IMG/VR virus record: IMGVR_UViG_3300029309_000033
Location: 1-59,385 of that record
Direction: 5' to 3' (one strand)
Source: a virus
Taxonomy: Duplodnaviria; Caudoviricetes
Length of the DNA stretch: 59,385 nucleotides
The notes beneath the pieces are model-generated. The model saw only the letters and a list, made by a program, of their open reading frames with translations, did not search any database and was not told the origin of the DNA. Positions 7,959 to 15,784 of this stretch are shown here, in pieces; position 1 is the stretch's first letter, and the number at the start of each line of letters is the position of its first letter. Both the position numbers and the translations under genes were made by a program.

Positions 7959-9434
7959 CTACCAATAATATTTAAATTTTCTTCTAGGCAATCTTTCATC
8001 CCTATAATCTTCAGGGTGATTAATTAGACCACCTTGTCTAAATCTCATGATAGCTTGTGTTGTACTATCCACTAAGTCATCATGATCACCATATGGAAAA
8101 GCAGCGCATTCTTCTACAACCTCTTGTGCAAACTGTTTATCCAAAGGTGCCCATATCATACCACTTTCAAACAGTGGTGCAACAGAATTAACACGTGTGT
8201 GCTTGTCGTTACCTTTCGATGGTGTGTAGCTGACAACAGGTATACCCATGTTACGAAGTTCGTATGTCAGTGGTAGACCCGATGCTTTCGCCTCAACTAA
8301 TACAGTCTCTGGTTCCCAGTAATCGTATTGCTCTTTTGCAACTCTACGAAGTTCTGGAAACTCTAGCCTATCTTTGATTGCATCTAATAAAATTAATTGT
8401 GGTGGACTATCTTCATTCAACCTAAATACGCCCCACGTTGTAATAGCAGAAAAGTCGGCAGATTCTTTTTTCATAAATGCGGTGTCATAACTTTGTATGA
8501 CATGATCTAAAGTTGGAATATTTTCTTTATCCCAGTCTTGCCACCATTCACGTTTTAAGATTGCACCTTCTTCAGACGTTGGGTTCTGCATCCATTGTGC
8601 ATTCCACTTGCCGAGTGATAAGGATGCTTTAACTGATTCCAGTTCATCTAGCTTCCAATATTCCGGCCATACAGGTTTACCACTCGGCATAATCGCCGGA
8701 AACTCTACCAAGTCCCATTGATCAGATTTGGGTTCCGTTTGGTTCTTTATGAGAATTCCAGTTAAGTCTTTTACATTCCATCGTGTCATAACACAAACAA
8801 TTTTTCCACCTGGTTGTAAACGCTGTCGTGGTCCTGATGTATACCACTCATATGCTTTCTCTAATGCACCCATGTTAAGCGCGTCTTGCTCCGAGTGTGG
8901 GTCGTCAATAATTAATAAGTCTGCACCTCTACCTGTGATAGCTCCCCCGACACCTGCCGCAAAATACTCGCCACCTTGAGCAGTTTCCCAGCGACCAGCG
9001 GCTTGACTATCTTCTCTTAGTCTCGTCTTAAATACATTCTGATATTCTGGACTATCGATGAGTGTTTTGGCTTTACGACCAAAACGAACTGCAAGTTCTC
9101 CTGTGTGAGTGGTTTGGATTATCTTTAGTTTAGGGTTCTTGCCTATCATCCAAGCAGGAAGCAACGTAGATGCGAACTCAGATTTTGTGTGTCTGGGTGG
9201 CATATTCACAATTAGTCTTTTGATTTCGCCAGATGCAAGTTTGTTAAACTTATCTGCAATAATTTTATGGTGCGATCCTTCAATAAAGTCAGGCCACATA
9301 TGCTTTGTAAAAGCTAGAAAGTCTTTTTGTGCAGCTTCTTTTTTATCTTCTTCTTTGTACTTTACTAGGATCTTCTTAAATCTGTCCCTGACATCAGGTG
9401 GTAATCTATTTATCTTTTCTAGGTCTATCTGCAT
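7959..9434 (-). CDS. terL: Terminase large subunit
   Basis: MPPRHTKS Walker A variant, LLIIDDP Walker B, QSYDTA nuclease motif, HDDLVD. Confidence 0.95.
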   Translation of the reverse strand: MQIDLEKINRLPPDVRDRFKKILVKYKEEDKKEAAQKDFLAFTKHMWPDFIEGSHHKIIADKFNKLASGEIKRLIVNMPPRHTKSEFASTLLPAWMIGKNPKLKIIQTTHTGELAVRFGRKAKTLIDSPEYQNVFKTRLREDSQAAGRWETAQGGEYFAAGVGGAITGRGADLLIIDDPHSEQDALNMGALEKAYEWYTSGPRQRLQPGGKIVCVMTRWNVKDLTGILIKNQTEPKSDQWDLVEFPAIMPSGKPVWPEYWKLDELESVKASLSLGKWNAQWMQNPTSEEGAILKREWWQDWDKENIPTLDHVIQSYDTAFMKKESADFSAITTWGVFRLNEDSPPQLILLDAIKDRLEFPELRRVAKEQYDYWEPETVLVEAKASGLPLTYELRNMGIPVVSYTPSKGNDKHTRVNSVAPLFESGMIWAPLDKQFAQEVVEECAAFPYGDHDDLVDSTTQAIMRFRQGGLINHPEDYRDERLPRRKFKYYW

Positions 9435-9624
9435 TTCGAAAAATTTTTTGTAAAATTTTTTTACATGTTGTTTTTAGCTTTATAATGATTTTTAGGGCTT
9501 TGACCACGCAAATGTTTGCATTTGTACTGTGTTTTGTAAGTTTCTTTGCGAAAAGATAAATTAAAAATAAATAAAGATCCGAAATTCCAGATCGTGTTGG
9601 TACCTCTATTGAAGATACAAGACG

Positions 9625-9657
9625 CTGGCGGCTTGTATCTGGCGGCTTGTTGCTTGT
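9625..9657 (+). repeat. CTGGCGGCTTGT direct repeat plus an extra GCTTGT upstream of terL
   Basis: ctggcggcttgt at 9625 and 9639; gcttgt at 9652. Confidence 0.7.
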
Positions 9658-9711
9658 TCTCTTAGTTCTCTAAGTTTTTAAATGTGTCCTATAAAATCCT
9701 ATAACTATTAT

Positions 9712-10074
9712 TTAAACTTTCTCCAGTCGCTCGATACATGCAGCAAGTCCCTTTGCTACGGGTTCAAGCATCAAGCCGCTTGTGACCAGATCCCGTATTT
9801 GTGATCCCTCATAAAGTATCGGGCAGCAAGCGGCGGTGGTCGTGACTAGGATAAAAGCATTGTGAGGGTGGCGCACATGGAACGAAATTTGGTGCGGTGA
9901 GAACCTCAATTTATAGCGTTTAGTTACTTTGAACTCTATTGTAAAAAAGTGTCCTGATTTGCCATATACGAGCGCATCAGGCGTTCCCAAAGCTGCTGAA
10001 TTTTCAAGGCGTGTGAACCAAAAATCAGGGGTATTTTTCTTAAAATATTGGTAGAATTTAGCTTCATTAATCAT
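9712..10074 (-). CDS. PD-(D/E)xK nuclease, resolvase/VRR-NUC-like
   Basis: GTPDALV...TIEFK...FSPHQ. Confidence 0.7.
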   Translation of the reverse strand: MINEAKFYQYFKKNTPDFWFTRLENSAALGTPDALVYGKSGHFFTIEFKVTKRYKLRFSPHQISFHVRHPHNAFILVTTTAACCPILYEGSQIRDLVTSGLMLEPVAKGLAACIERLEKV

Positions 10075-10210
10075 AGTATTTTTAGCGTTATTATATCACG
10101 ATATTATACAACCTGGAATTGAATTTAATTTAGGGGTGCGACACTTTGGATCGATACTTATTTAATAGGATTTTATAAGATAATCATATTTAAACAAAGA
10201 AAGGATAAAA

Positions 10211-10438
10211 ATGAGTACAGATAAAAGAATAGTTTATATTAACGGCTTAGAGATAGGTTTTAAAGGTGGCAACACTTTATTAGAACTAATCGATAAAGAA
10301 AAAATCAATATAAAAAAATACGGTAAATCGCTCGAATACCATAAAATCCATTTAGAATATTTAACCAAATCAATTAATAAATATCTGTCACAATGGGACA
10401 ATGTAAAATTAGGAGATGAGGTTCACTATAAAAAATAA
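10211..10438 (+). CDS. Early hypothetical protein
   Basis: 75 aa, preceded by AGAAAGGATAAAA. Confidence 0.7.
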   Translation: MSTDKRIVYINGLEIGFKGGNTLLELIDKEKINIKKYGKSLEYHKIHLEYLTKSINKYLSQWDNVKLGDEVHYKK

Positions 10439-10505
10439 ATCGAAACGGGGGGGCAGTAATGCCCCCTGTCTACATGGGTGGCGGCTGTGTACTGATGAGA
10501 TGCCA
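10439..10505 (+). ncRNA. Type II hammerhead ribozyme
   Basis: ATC-GAAAC, stem III with GTAA loop, GTC cleavage triplet (10468-10470), stem I TACATGG/CTGTGTA, CTGATGA (10492-10498), GAT closing stem II, loop I TGGC complementary to 3' GCCA. Confidence 0.9.
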
Positions 10506-10521
10506 AAACAAAAGGATACAG

Positions 10522-10953
10522 ATGAACAAAGAACAAAAAGAAATAATTAAAAGAATAAATAAGGCTTATTCTAAATTATACATTTTAAGTAATATTACAT
10601 GGACACCCCATAGAGACGAATTATTTAAAATGAATAGAAAAGACGAAAAGCAACATAGATTTGGCGATTGGGCTGAATATCATCAAGGCGCAGCTTCAAT
10701 TAATGATTGTGCAAAACTTTTTACAGTAAAACATATTGCGGAAAGTTTATTAAATCTAAATAAATGGGGCGTAAAAGATTTATTAAATATTAAGAAATCT
10801 TGTGTTTATTCTCAATCATTGGTTAATAATTATGGCGATAGAATTAGAGAAGCATGGATTGATGAAGATATAAAATATCTTGCAGATTTAGACTATATTG
10901 CCCTAGTTAACTGGGATTTATATCAAGAGCAAAAAAATAGAAAAATTGCTTAA
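10522..10953 (+). CDS. Early hypothetical protein
   Basis: Start moved to MNKEQKE after AAAAGGA; the track's extension runs through the ribozyme. Confidence 0.75.
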   Translation: MNKEQKEIIKRINKAYSKLYILSNITWTPHRDELFKMNRKDEKQHRFGDWAEYHQGAASINDCAKLFTVKHIAESLLNLNKWGVKDLLNIKKSCVYSQSLVNNYGDRIREAWIDEDIKYLADLDYIALVNWDLYQEQKNRKIA

Positions 10954-10960
10954 ATTAAAC

Positions 10961-10994
10961 TTGAACGGACAATCCTTTTCGTGTAGGATTGTCC
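10961..10994 (+). promoter_or_regulatory. Promoter overlapped by an inverted repeat
   Basis: TTGAAC-17-TAGGAT; GGACAATCCT...AGGATTGTCC. Confidence 0.55.
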
Positions 10995-11015
10995 TATATT
11001 AAAGAAAGGATAAAT

Positions 11016-11240
11016 ATGAATATAGATGAATTAAAAATATTAGTTAAACCAAAATATTATTTTGGTTACTTACAAGGTGTTACTGTTCATATAAATGGAA
11101 AGAAATTTCCAACAAAGAAAAATTTTGTATATGCACATAACAAGGACAACAAAGCAATTCGAACAGCTTTAATTGATGGTGGTTATACTGAAAATCATGA
11201 ATTAGTAAAATCAGCATTACAAAAAGAAATGAACCAATAG
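11016..11240 (+). CDS. Early hypothetical protein
   Basis: ATG within AGAAAGGATAAATATG. Confidence 0.7.
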   Translation: MNIDELKILVKPKYYFGYLQGVTVHINGKKFPTKKNFVYAHNKDNKAIRTALIDGGYTENHELVKSALQKEMNQ

Positions 11241-11252
11241 AAAGGATAAAAA

Positions 11253-11465
11253 ATGTATAAACAATATGAGTTTAGCATAAAGATTGATAAATATATATTC
11301 AATCGATTTGTTAAAGATAAATGCACAATAAAAGAATATAAAGAATACAAAAAAGAACATTCAAAGTGTGTTTGTAACTTTATATTAAGAGGAGATGATC
11401 AAAAAGAACCACAAATTTATTTGTGGGATATCTCAGAAAGAAAACCATTAAAAGAAAGGATATAA
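11253..11465 (+). CDS. Early hypothetical protein
   Basis: 70 aa with the shared SD motif. Confidence 0.65.
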   Translation: MYKQYEFSIKIDKYIFNRFVKDKCTIKEYKEYKKEHSKCVCNFILRGDDQKEPQIYLWDISERKPLKERI

Positions 11466-11466
11466 A

Positions 11467-11784
11467 ATGAATATAAACCAATCAATAACAATAGAGAACA
11501 ACAAATCAAATATTTATCTTTGTACTTGGAACGAAGGCGACATAGTGCAAGTTCACACAAAAGAAACATTGAAAGATGAATACAAAGATACAAATTTATT
11601 TGATGTTGATAAAGATAGATTAGTTAACAACTCAATGTTTAATTGGTGTCTTGTAATTCCTACAAGGGCAAATGAGCAGGTAAGATCAATTAATCAAATT
11701 TTTGATTATTTTGAAGATCAAGAAAATTTTACAATTGGTCATGTTTGGGAACAAGACAACATGAGAATACAAAGAATAAAATAG
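11467..11784 (+). CDS. Early hypothetical protein
   Basis: 105 aa with the shared SD motif. Confidence 0.7.
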   Translation: MNINQSITIENNKSNIYLCTWNEGDIVQVHTKETLKDEYKDTNLFDVDKDRLVNNSMFNWCLVIPTRANEQVRSINQIFDYFEDQENFTIGHVWEQDNMRIQRIK

Positions 11785-11796
11785 AAAGGATAGAAA

Positions 11797-11964
11797 ATGA
11801 AAAAACAAAATGAGTGGGAGTGGGAAAGTCTTAAAATTGAGATTAAAGACCCACAAGGAAAAATACACACTTTGAATAGTGGAGATATGGGGGACTTTTG
11901 TTTAAGTGCCTTATTTGATGAAATAACGGAATATGTAACAGAAAGAAAAGGGGTTTTAAAATGA
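11797..11964 (+). CDS. 55-aa early protein (not in ORF track)
   Basis: MKKQNEWEWESLKIEIKDPQG after AGAAAGGATAGAAA. Confidence 0.65.
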   Translation: MKKQNEWEWESLKIEIKDPQGKIHTLNSGDMGDFCLSALFDEITEYVTERKGVLK

Positions 11965-12122
11965 AAATAAAAGAGTTAATTAAAAAATTAAAAGAATATG
12001 ATTTTGAAAAAGAAATTGTAATATATTCTTGCGATTCTGATTTAATTCAATATGAAACTTTAGGTTTTTATGAAAATGAGGGACAAGTTGAACTTCATAT
12101 TGATGAGGGAATTAAACTTTAA
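11961..12122 (+). CDS. 53-aa early protein (not in ORF track)
   Basis: MKIKELIKKLKEYDFEKEIVI; ATGA overlap. Confidence 0.65.
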   Translation: MKIKELIKKLKEYDFEKEIVIYSCDSDLIQYETLGFYENEGQVELHIDEGIKL

Positions 12123-12145
12123 TTTAAGAAAGGAGAACGATTAAA

Positions 12146-12451
12146 ATGAAAAATAGTGTAGTTACATGGCATGGGTGTGAAAATTACAGTATGAATTGTA
12201 GTATTGAAGATCTTGAAAAAAAGGGTTTTGAGTGTTCATCTTGGAATAATGATCTCGCACCTTCATACACAAATAAAAAAGGCAACATTCAAATTTTCTT
12301 TTTTGATCTTGATAGTGATGAGATGAAAGCAGAAAGTATGAAACATAAATTTTCAGTAATGAAACTTGATGAACATGGTGAATATCAAGTTCACATTGGA
12401 ACGACTAATTCATTTGAGGAAATGCTTAAAATGGTTGAAGGCAATGAATAA
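12146..12451 (+). CDS. Early hypothetical protein
   Basis: 101 aa; SSWNNDLAPS. Confidence 0.7.
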   Translation: MKNSVVTWHGCENYSMNCSIEDLEKKGFECSSWNNDLAPSYTNKKGNIQIFFFDLDSDEMKAESMKHKFSVMKLDEHGEYQVHIGTTNSFEEMLKMVEGNE

Positions 12452-12511
12452 ACACTACATATTGTATAAAAGCTCTTATACACAACTCCAGGTTGTGTTT
12501 AAAAATAATGC

Positions 12512-12539
12512 TTGATTATATTAATTATAGGATTATAAA
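12512..12539 (+). promoter_or_regulatory. Sigma70-like promoter with ATAGGAT in the spacer
   Basis: TTGATT-16-TATAAA. Confidence 0.55.
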
Positions 12540-12564
12540 GGATAAAAAATAGAAAGGATAAATA

Positions 12565-12711
12565 ATGGAACCAATAACAATAACAATTAAGAAAGCCGTT
12601 TCCATAATCAGGCAACATGGGAACATGGACGAAATAGAAGACTTTTTTAAAACATTAGGAAAGAAAAAAGTTTATAAATTAAAGGATCTAAAAGATTGGT
12701 TAGGATACTAG
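12565..12711 (+). CDS. 48-aa early protein (not in ORF track)
   Basis: MEPITITIKKAVSIIRQHG...DWLGY after the shared SD motif. Confidence 0.65.
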   Translation: MEPITITIKKAVSIIRQHGNMDEIEDFFKTLGKKKVYKLKDLKDWLGY

Positions 12712-12722
12712 AAAGGATAAAT

Positions 12723-12890
12723 ATGAATATGAAACAATTAGAAAAAGAAATAATTAAAGTTATTGAAACTGAAAAAACCAGTTTAGATAAATTAGATACT
12801 CATACAACATTAGAAGTTCTAGATTATTCTTTTATTAACTTAAAAAAATTTGTTAAAAAATGTTTTAAGGAACATGTGGAGAAAGGATAA
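12723..12890 (+). CDS. Early hypothetical protein
   Basis: Start moved to the ATG of AGAAAGGATAAATATG. Confidence 0.65.
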   Translation: MNMKQLEKEIIKVIETEKTSLDKLDTHTTLEVLDYSFINLKKFVKKCFKEHVEKG

Positions 12891-12892
12891 AT

Positions 12893-13057
12893 ATGACTTT
12901 AAAAGAATATAGAAAAAAATTATTAGAATTAGAGTTAAAACCAATTACTAATAGTAAAGACCTTAAAAAATTTAATAATAATAGAGATAAATTATTATGT
13001 GAATTTAAAGGTTGGAAAAATCAACAAGCGAGCAGAAAGGATAAATATGAAAGCTAA
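12893..13057 (+). CDS. 54-aa early protein (not in ORF track)
   Basis: MTLKEYRKKLLELELKP after the shared SD motif. Confidence 0.6.
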   Translation: MTLKEYRKKLLELELKPITNSKDLKKFNNNRDKLLCEFKGWKNQQASRKDKYES

Positions 13058-13214
13058 AGACTACAAGGGCATAGAAGACTATATAAAGAAAAGAAGTGAA
13101 CAGAAGAAGCAACCATTGAAAGGTACTATTATTTGCCTTGCAAAGGGTTGTGATAATTATTTATACAAAAATCAAAGTCCATGCGATAGTAGATATTGCG
13201 TGGATTGTTTTTAG
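13047..13214 (+). CDS. Small Cys-rich (Zn-finger-like) early protein
   Basis: CLAKGC...YCVDC; start at the shared motif. Confidence 0.65.
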   Translation: MKAKDYKGIEDYIKKRSEQKKQPLKGTIICLAKGCDNYLYKNQSPCDSRYCVDCF

Positions 13215-13225
13215 AAAGGATAAAT

Positions 13226-13441
13226 ATGAAACATTTAAAAATAGATACTGAAGAAGTAAGATTTTTAATTAATTCTTATGAAGATTGGTATAATACTTTT
13301 GATAAAGACGGCTATAAATATGTTATCGAACAATTAAATTTTGATAACAAATATTATGACGATATACTTTCATCACTTCATAATTTTGTTAAAGGTGGTG
13401 AATTTTACCCTATAAAAATAAAACAAGAAAGGAAACAATGA
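13226..13441 (+). CDS. Early hypothetical protein
   Basis: Start at the shared motif, MKHLKID. Confidence 0.65.
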   Translation: MKHLKIDTEEVRFLINSYEDWYNTFDKDGYKYVIEQLNFDNKYYDDILSSLHNFVKGGEFYPIKIKQERKQ

Positions 13442-13626
13442 AACATTACAGCGTTGGAGTAGCAGACATTACTTTTTACTTAATGGACGAAGACGGAAAT
13501 GTTAAAGAAGATAAACAAGGTAATGAAATAACTTATAGAATAAAAGATGGTATAAGATTTAAATCCATTGAATATTTAACAGAAGACTTAGATGTTGATA
13601 TGCTAGAACAAGAAAGGAAAAAATAA
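13438..13626 (+). CDS. Early hypothetical protein
   Basis: 62 aa; AGAAAGGA SD. Confidence 0.65.
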   Translation: MKHYSVGVADITFYLMDEDGNVKEDKQGNEITYRIKDGIRFKSIEYLTEDLDVDMLEQERKK

Positions 13627-13627
13627 T

Positions 13628-13783
13628 ATGTTAAAAGCAATATATTTCGCATTACATTTTGCAATGTTAATGCTAGGTACGGTTATAGCTATTCACATTG
13701 ATTTGTGGTTAGGTTTAGCGATAGCAATTACATTTGGTGTAAAGTTTTTCTTTATGCTGCCAAATAATAAAGAAGGTTTTTAA
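13628..13783 (+). CDS. 51-aa membrane protein (not in ORF track)
   Basis: MLKAIYFALHFAMLMLGTVIAIHIDLWLGLAIAITFGVKFFFMLP; two hydrophobic segments. Confidence 0.65.
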   Translation: MLKAIYFALHFAMLMLGTVIAIHIDLWLGLAIAITFGVKFFFMLPNNKEGF

Positions 13784-13800
13784 ATAGAAAGGATAAAAGA

Positions 13801-14046
13801 ATGAAAGAAGATAAATTATGGGAATGGGACAGTATGATAAATTATTTATACGGTAAAGATGTGGTTGATGCCTACCCAGACGGGTGGAGTTGTATTAGCT
13901 GTGGTGCTGAATTTACTGAAAAAACAATAGATGTTGAGTGTCTTTATGTTATTCACAACAGAGAAGGAACAGAATGTTTAAAATGTGTAAATCAACAAGC
14001 TAAAGGTAGTCATGAACTAACAAAGGTGCGACAATATGGTGCTTGA
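13801..14046 (+). CDS. Zn-ribbon-like early protein
   Basis: CISC...CLKC; shared SD motif. Confidence 0.65.
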   Translation: MKEDKLWEWDSMINYLYGKDVVDAYPDGWSCISCGAEFTEKTIDVECLYVIHNREGTECLKCVNQQAKGSHELTKVRQYGA

Positions 14047-14074
14047 TATTATAGGATTTTATGTATATTTATAG

Positions 14075-14430
14075 GACAACCAACAAATAAACATTGCAAG
14101 TTTATTTGGCTTTGTGGCAGAACAACGCTTAAGCGGGTGTAATGCACAGGATCGGAGGGTTACGGGCTAGTGCCTGAAGACACCGAAACTGGTTGTGAGT
14201 ACCGACCATCTATCAAAAAGATACTTGGACGCTTCGGGAAAGCTTGTGGGTGATCTACCAAGATAGTCCCACCAAGCAGGTTAAATAGGTGAGTACGCGA
14301 GTGCTGTATCGATATGGGTGAACCAAAAAAGTGACATTTATATGACCAATAAAGGTTCAACAAAACTCATAGGAGGTGCTATATGCGTCCTTACGCCAGA
14401 TACCCCACCCGAAAGGGTGGGGATACAAAA
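14075..14430 (+). ncRNA. Candidate structured non-coding RNA, family not recognised (5' end approximate)
   Basis: GC-richer island with no credible ORF, many nested helices, promoter-like TTGATA...TATATT upstream and a strong 3' hairpin. Confidence 0.6.
14403..14422. terminator. Strong hairpin between convergent units
   Basis: CCCCACCC-GAAA-GGGTGGGG. Confidence 0.7.
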
Positions 14431-14432
14431 AT

Positions 14433-14678
14433 CTAAAGTTTCTTCTTAACAGATCCCATTTTCCAAGATTGCTGCGTTGATAGTTCTATAACAAGTCTAT
14501 GACTTTCTCTTGCGCCAATAATATTATTTTCAAATAAACTTATTGAGAGAATATCAAATTGACCGTCTGGTGAATGAAACTCGCCTTGTGGTAACTTAAC
14601 AACTACTCTCGCATCTTGACATGTGGGGGACTTTAAAAACCTGTCTAATTGTCTAGCTAATTCTTTCGCATTAATCAT
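14433..14678 (-). CDS. Hypothetical protein
   Basis: 81 aa, divergent from terS. Confidence 0.7.
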   Translation of the reverse strand: MINAKELARQLDRFLKSPTCQDARVVVKLPQGEFHSPDGQFDILSISLFENNIIGARESHRLVIELSTQQSWKMGSVKKKL

Positions 14679-14682
14679 GTAT

Positions 14683-14715
14683 TTGACATTTAAAGTTATT
14701 TGCCGTAAATGTCAA
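14683..14715. promoter_or_regulatory. Bidirectional promoter formed by an inverted repeat
   Basis: TTGACATTTA-13-TAAATGTCAA gives TTGACA-17-TAAATG on both strands. Confidence 0.7.
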
Positions 14716-14717
14716 GA

Positions 14718-15263
14718 ATGGGTGTACCGAAAAGATTAACAGAAATGCAGAGAAAATTTGCAAACCTTTTAGTATCAAATGAAGGCCGCAAATATGGCTA
14801 TGAGTGCGCCATAGAAGCAGGCTACGAGAAGGATAGATCAAGGCAGACAGCTTATGAACTACAAAACCCTAAATTATATCCATTAGTTGTAAAATATATT
14901 GGTGAGATTAGAGAAGAATACCAGAAGAAATACGAAGTAACTTATGAAAAACATATAACAGAACTAGCAAAAATCAGGGAACAAGCATTAAAGAAGGGTG
15001 CATTCTCGGCAGCTAGTAACGCAGAAGTTGCAAGGGGTAAAGCTGCGGGTCTATATGTCGAACAGAAAATAATTCGAACTGGTAAATTAGACGACATGTC
15101 AAAAGCAGAAATGGAAGAAGAACTAAAAAAGATTATAGACGAATATTCACCTATCTTAGAAAATGTTACTGTTGATGATGTAAAGAAAAATATCGAGAAG
15201 AAAAGATTACCGCGACTTAAGAAAGTTTCGTCAACTTCTTCACCCAAGAACGAGGTATCATAG
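14718..15263 (+). CDS. terS: Terminase small subunit (alternative start 14709)
   Basis: LTEMQRKFA...CAIEAGY...QTAYEL...VVKYIGEIRE resembles the Terminase_2 N-terminal HTH; ATG 14718 sits at the predicted TSS. Confidence 0.75.
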   Translation: MGVPKRLTEMQRKFANLLVSNEGRKYGYECAIEAGYEKDRSRQTAYELQNPKLYPLVVKYIGEIREEYQKKYEVTYEKHITELAKIREQALKKGAFSAASNAEVARGKAAGLYVEQKIIRTGKLDDMSKAEMEEELKKIIDEYSPILENVTVDDVKKNIEKKRLPRLKKVSSTSSPKNEVS

Positions 15264-15510
15264 TTCTATCACCGAAGGTAATAGTGCCGTCATCATCTTT
15301 ATCATAGCTTGCAAAAATTTTAATTGATTTTTTATCTTTTGAATACAACCAACCTTCGTTAACTGGTGTCGCCAGTTTCATCTTATCAAATTCTTTGTCT
15401 GTAGCCCAACCACTATCGGACACGCAATCAATCCATTCGACACGATATTTTGGATAAGGTATGTCATTTGACCTGGTGCTAGTCATATTTAGTTTTCTTT
15501 TTTTAGGCAT
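15217..15510 (-). CDS. Hypothetical protein
   Basis: VEWIDCVSDSGW...IPRSWV; convergent overlap with terS. Confidence 0.7.
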   Translation of the reverse strand: MPKKRKLNMTSTRSNDIPYPKYRVEWIDCVSDSGWATDKEFDKMKLATPVNEGWLYSKDKKSIKIFASYDKDDDGTITFGDRTMIPRSWVKKLTKLS

Positions 15511-15784
15511 GAGGGGGTTATATCAGACCCCTATAGGTTTTCCATGAGAAATTATGTCAATATGGAGTTCAAAACACTCGCGCGGCCCCTATATACTTGA
15601 TTACATATGACAATATACATGTAATCCTATGCTTTAAAACCATTGGTATTCCTTACTGATCACCAAAGAGCCAGATCACCTCTATTTTTAAACACGCTTT
15701 TGCAAATTTTAATATATCCAGAAACCTATAGGTTGGTGATGAACCGCATAAAACCTAGCTTTTCTATTTTTGCCCCCTGACACC

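Noticed and set aside
10446-10468. Intrinsic terminator after the first early gene
   Set aside because: No U-tract; the hairpin is stem III of the hammerhead.
10459-13225. N-terminal extensions in the ORF track, most ending ERINM
   Set aside because: They are translations of the shared SD motif or the ribozyme; true starts are downstream.
10196-13800. CRISPR or integron array
   Set aside because: The repeats are short SD/start motifs separated by whole genes; no cas gene, integrase or attC-like structure.
14174-14205. Second hammerhead (CTGAAGA...GAAAC)
   Set aside because: Stem II cannot pair, no correctly placed NUH follows stem III, and the CTG fits the CGGGC/GCCTG hairpin.
14160-14363. 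67-aa minus-strand ORF
   Set aside because: No SD or promoter; antisense to the structured RNA candidate.
14150-14400. RNase P RNA or tmRNA identity for the structured island
   Set aside because: Only loose echoes; no GAGGAAAGUCC or P4 complement, and no tRNA-like T-arm or tag ORF.
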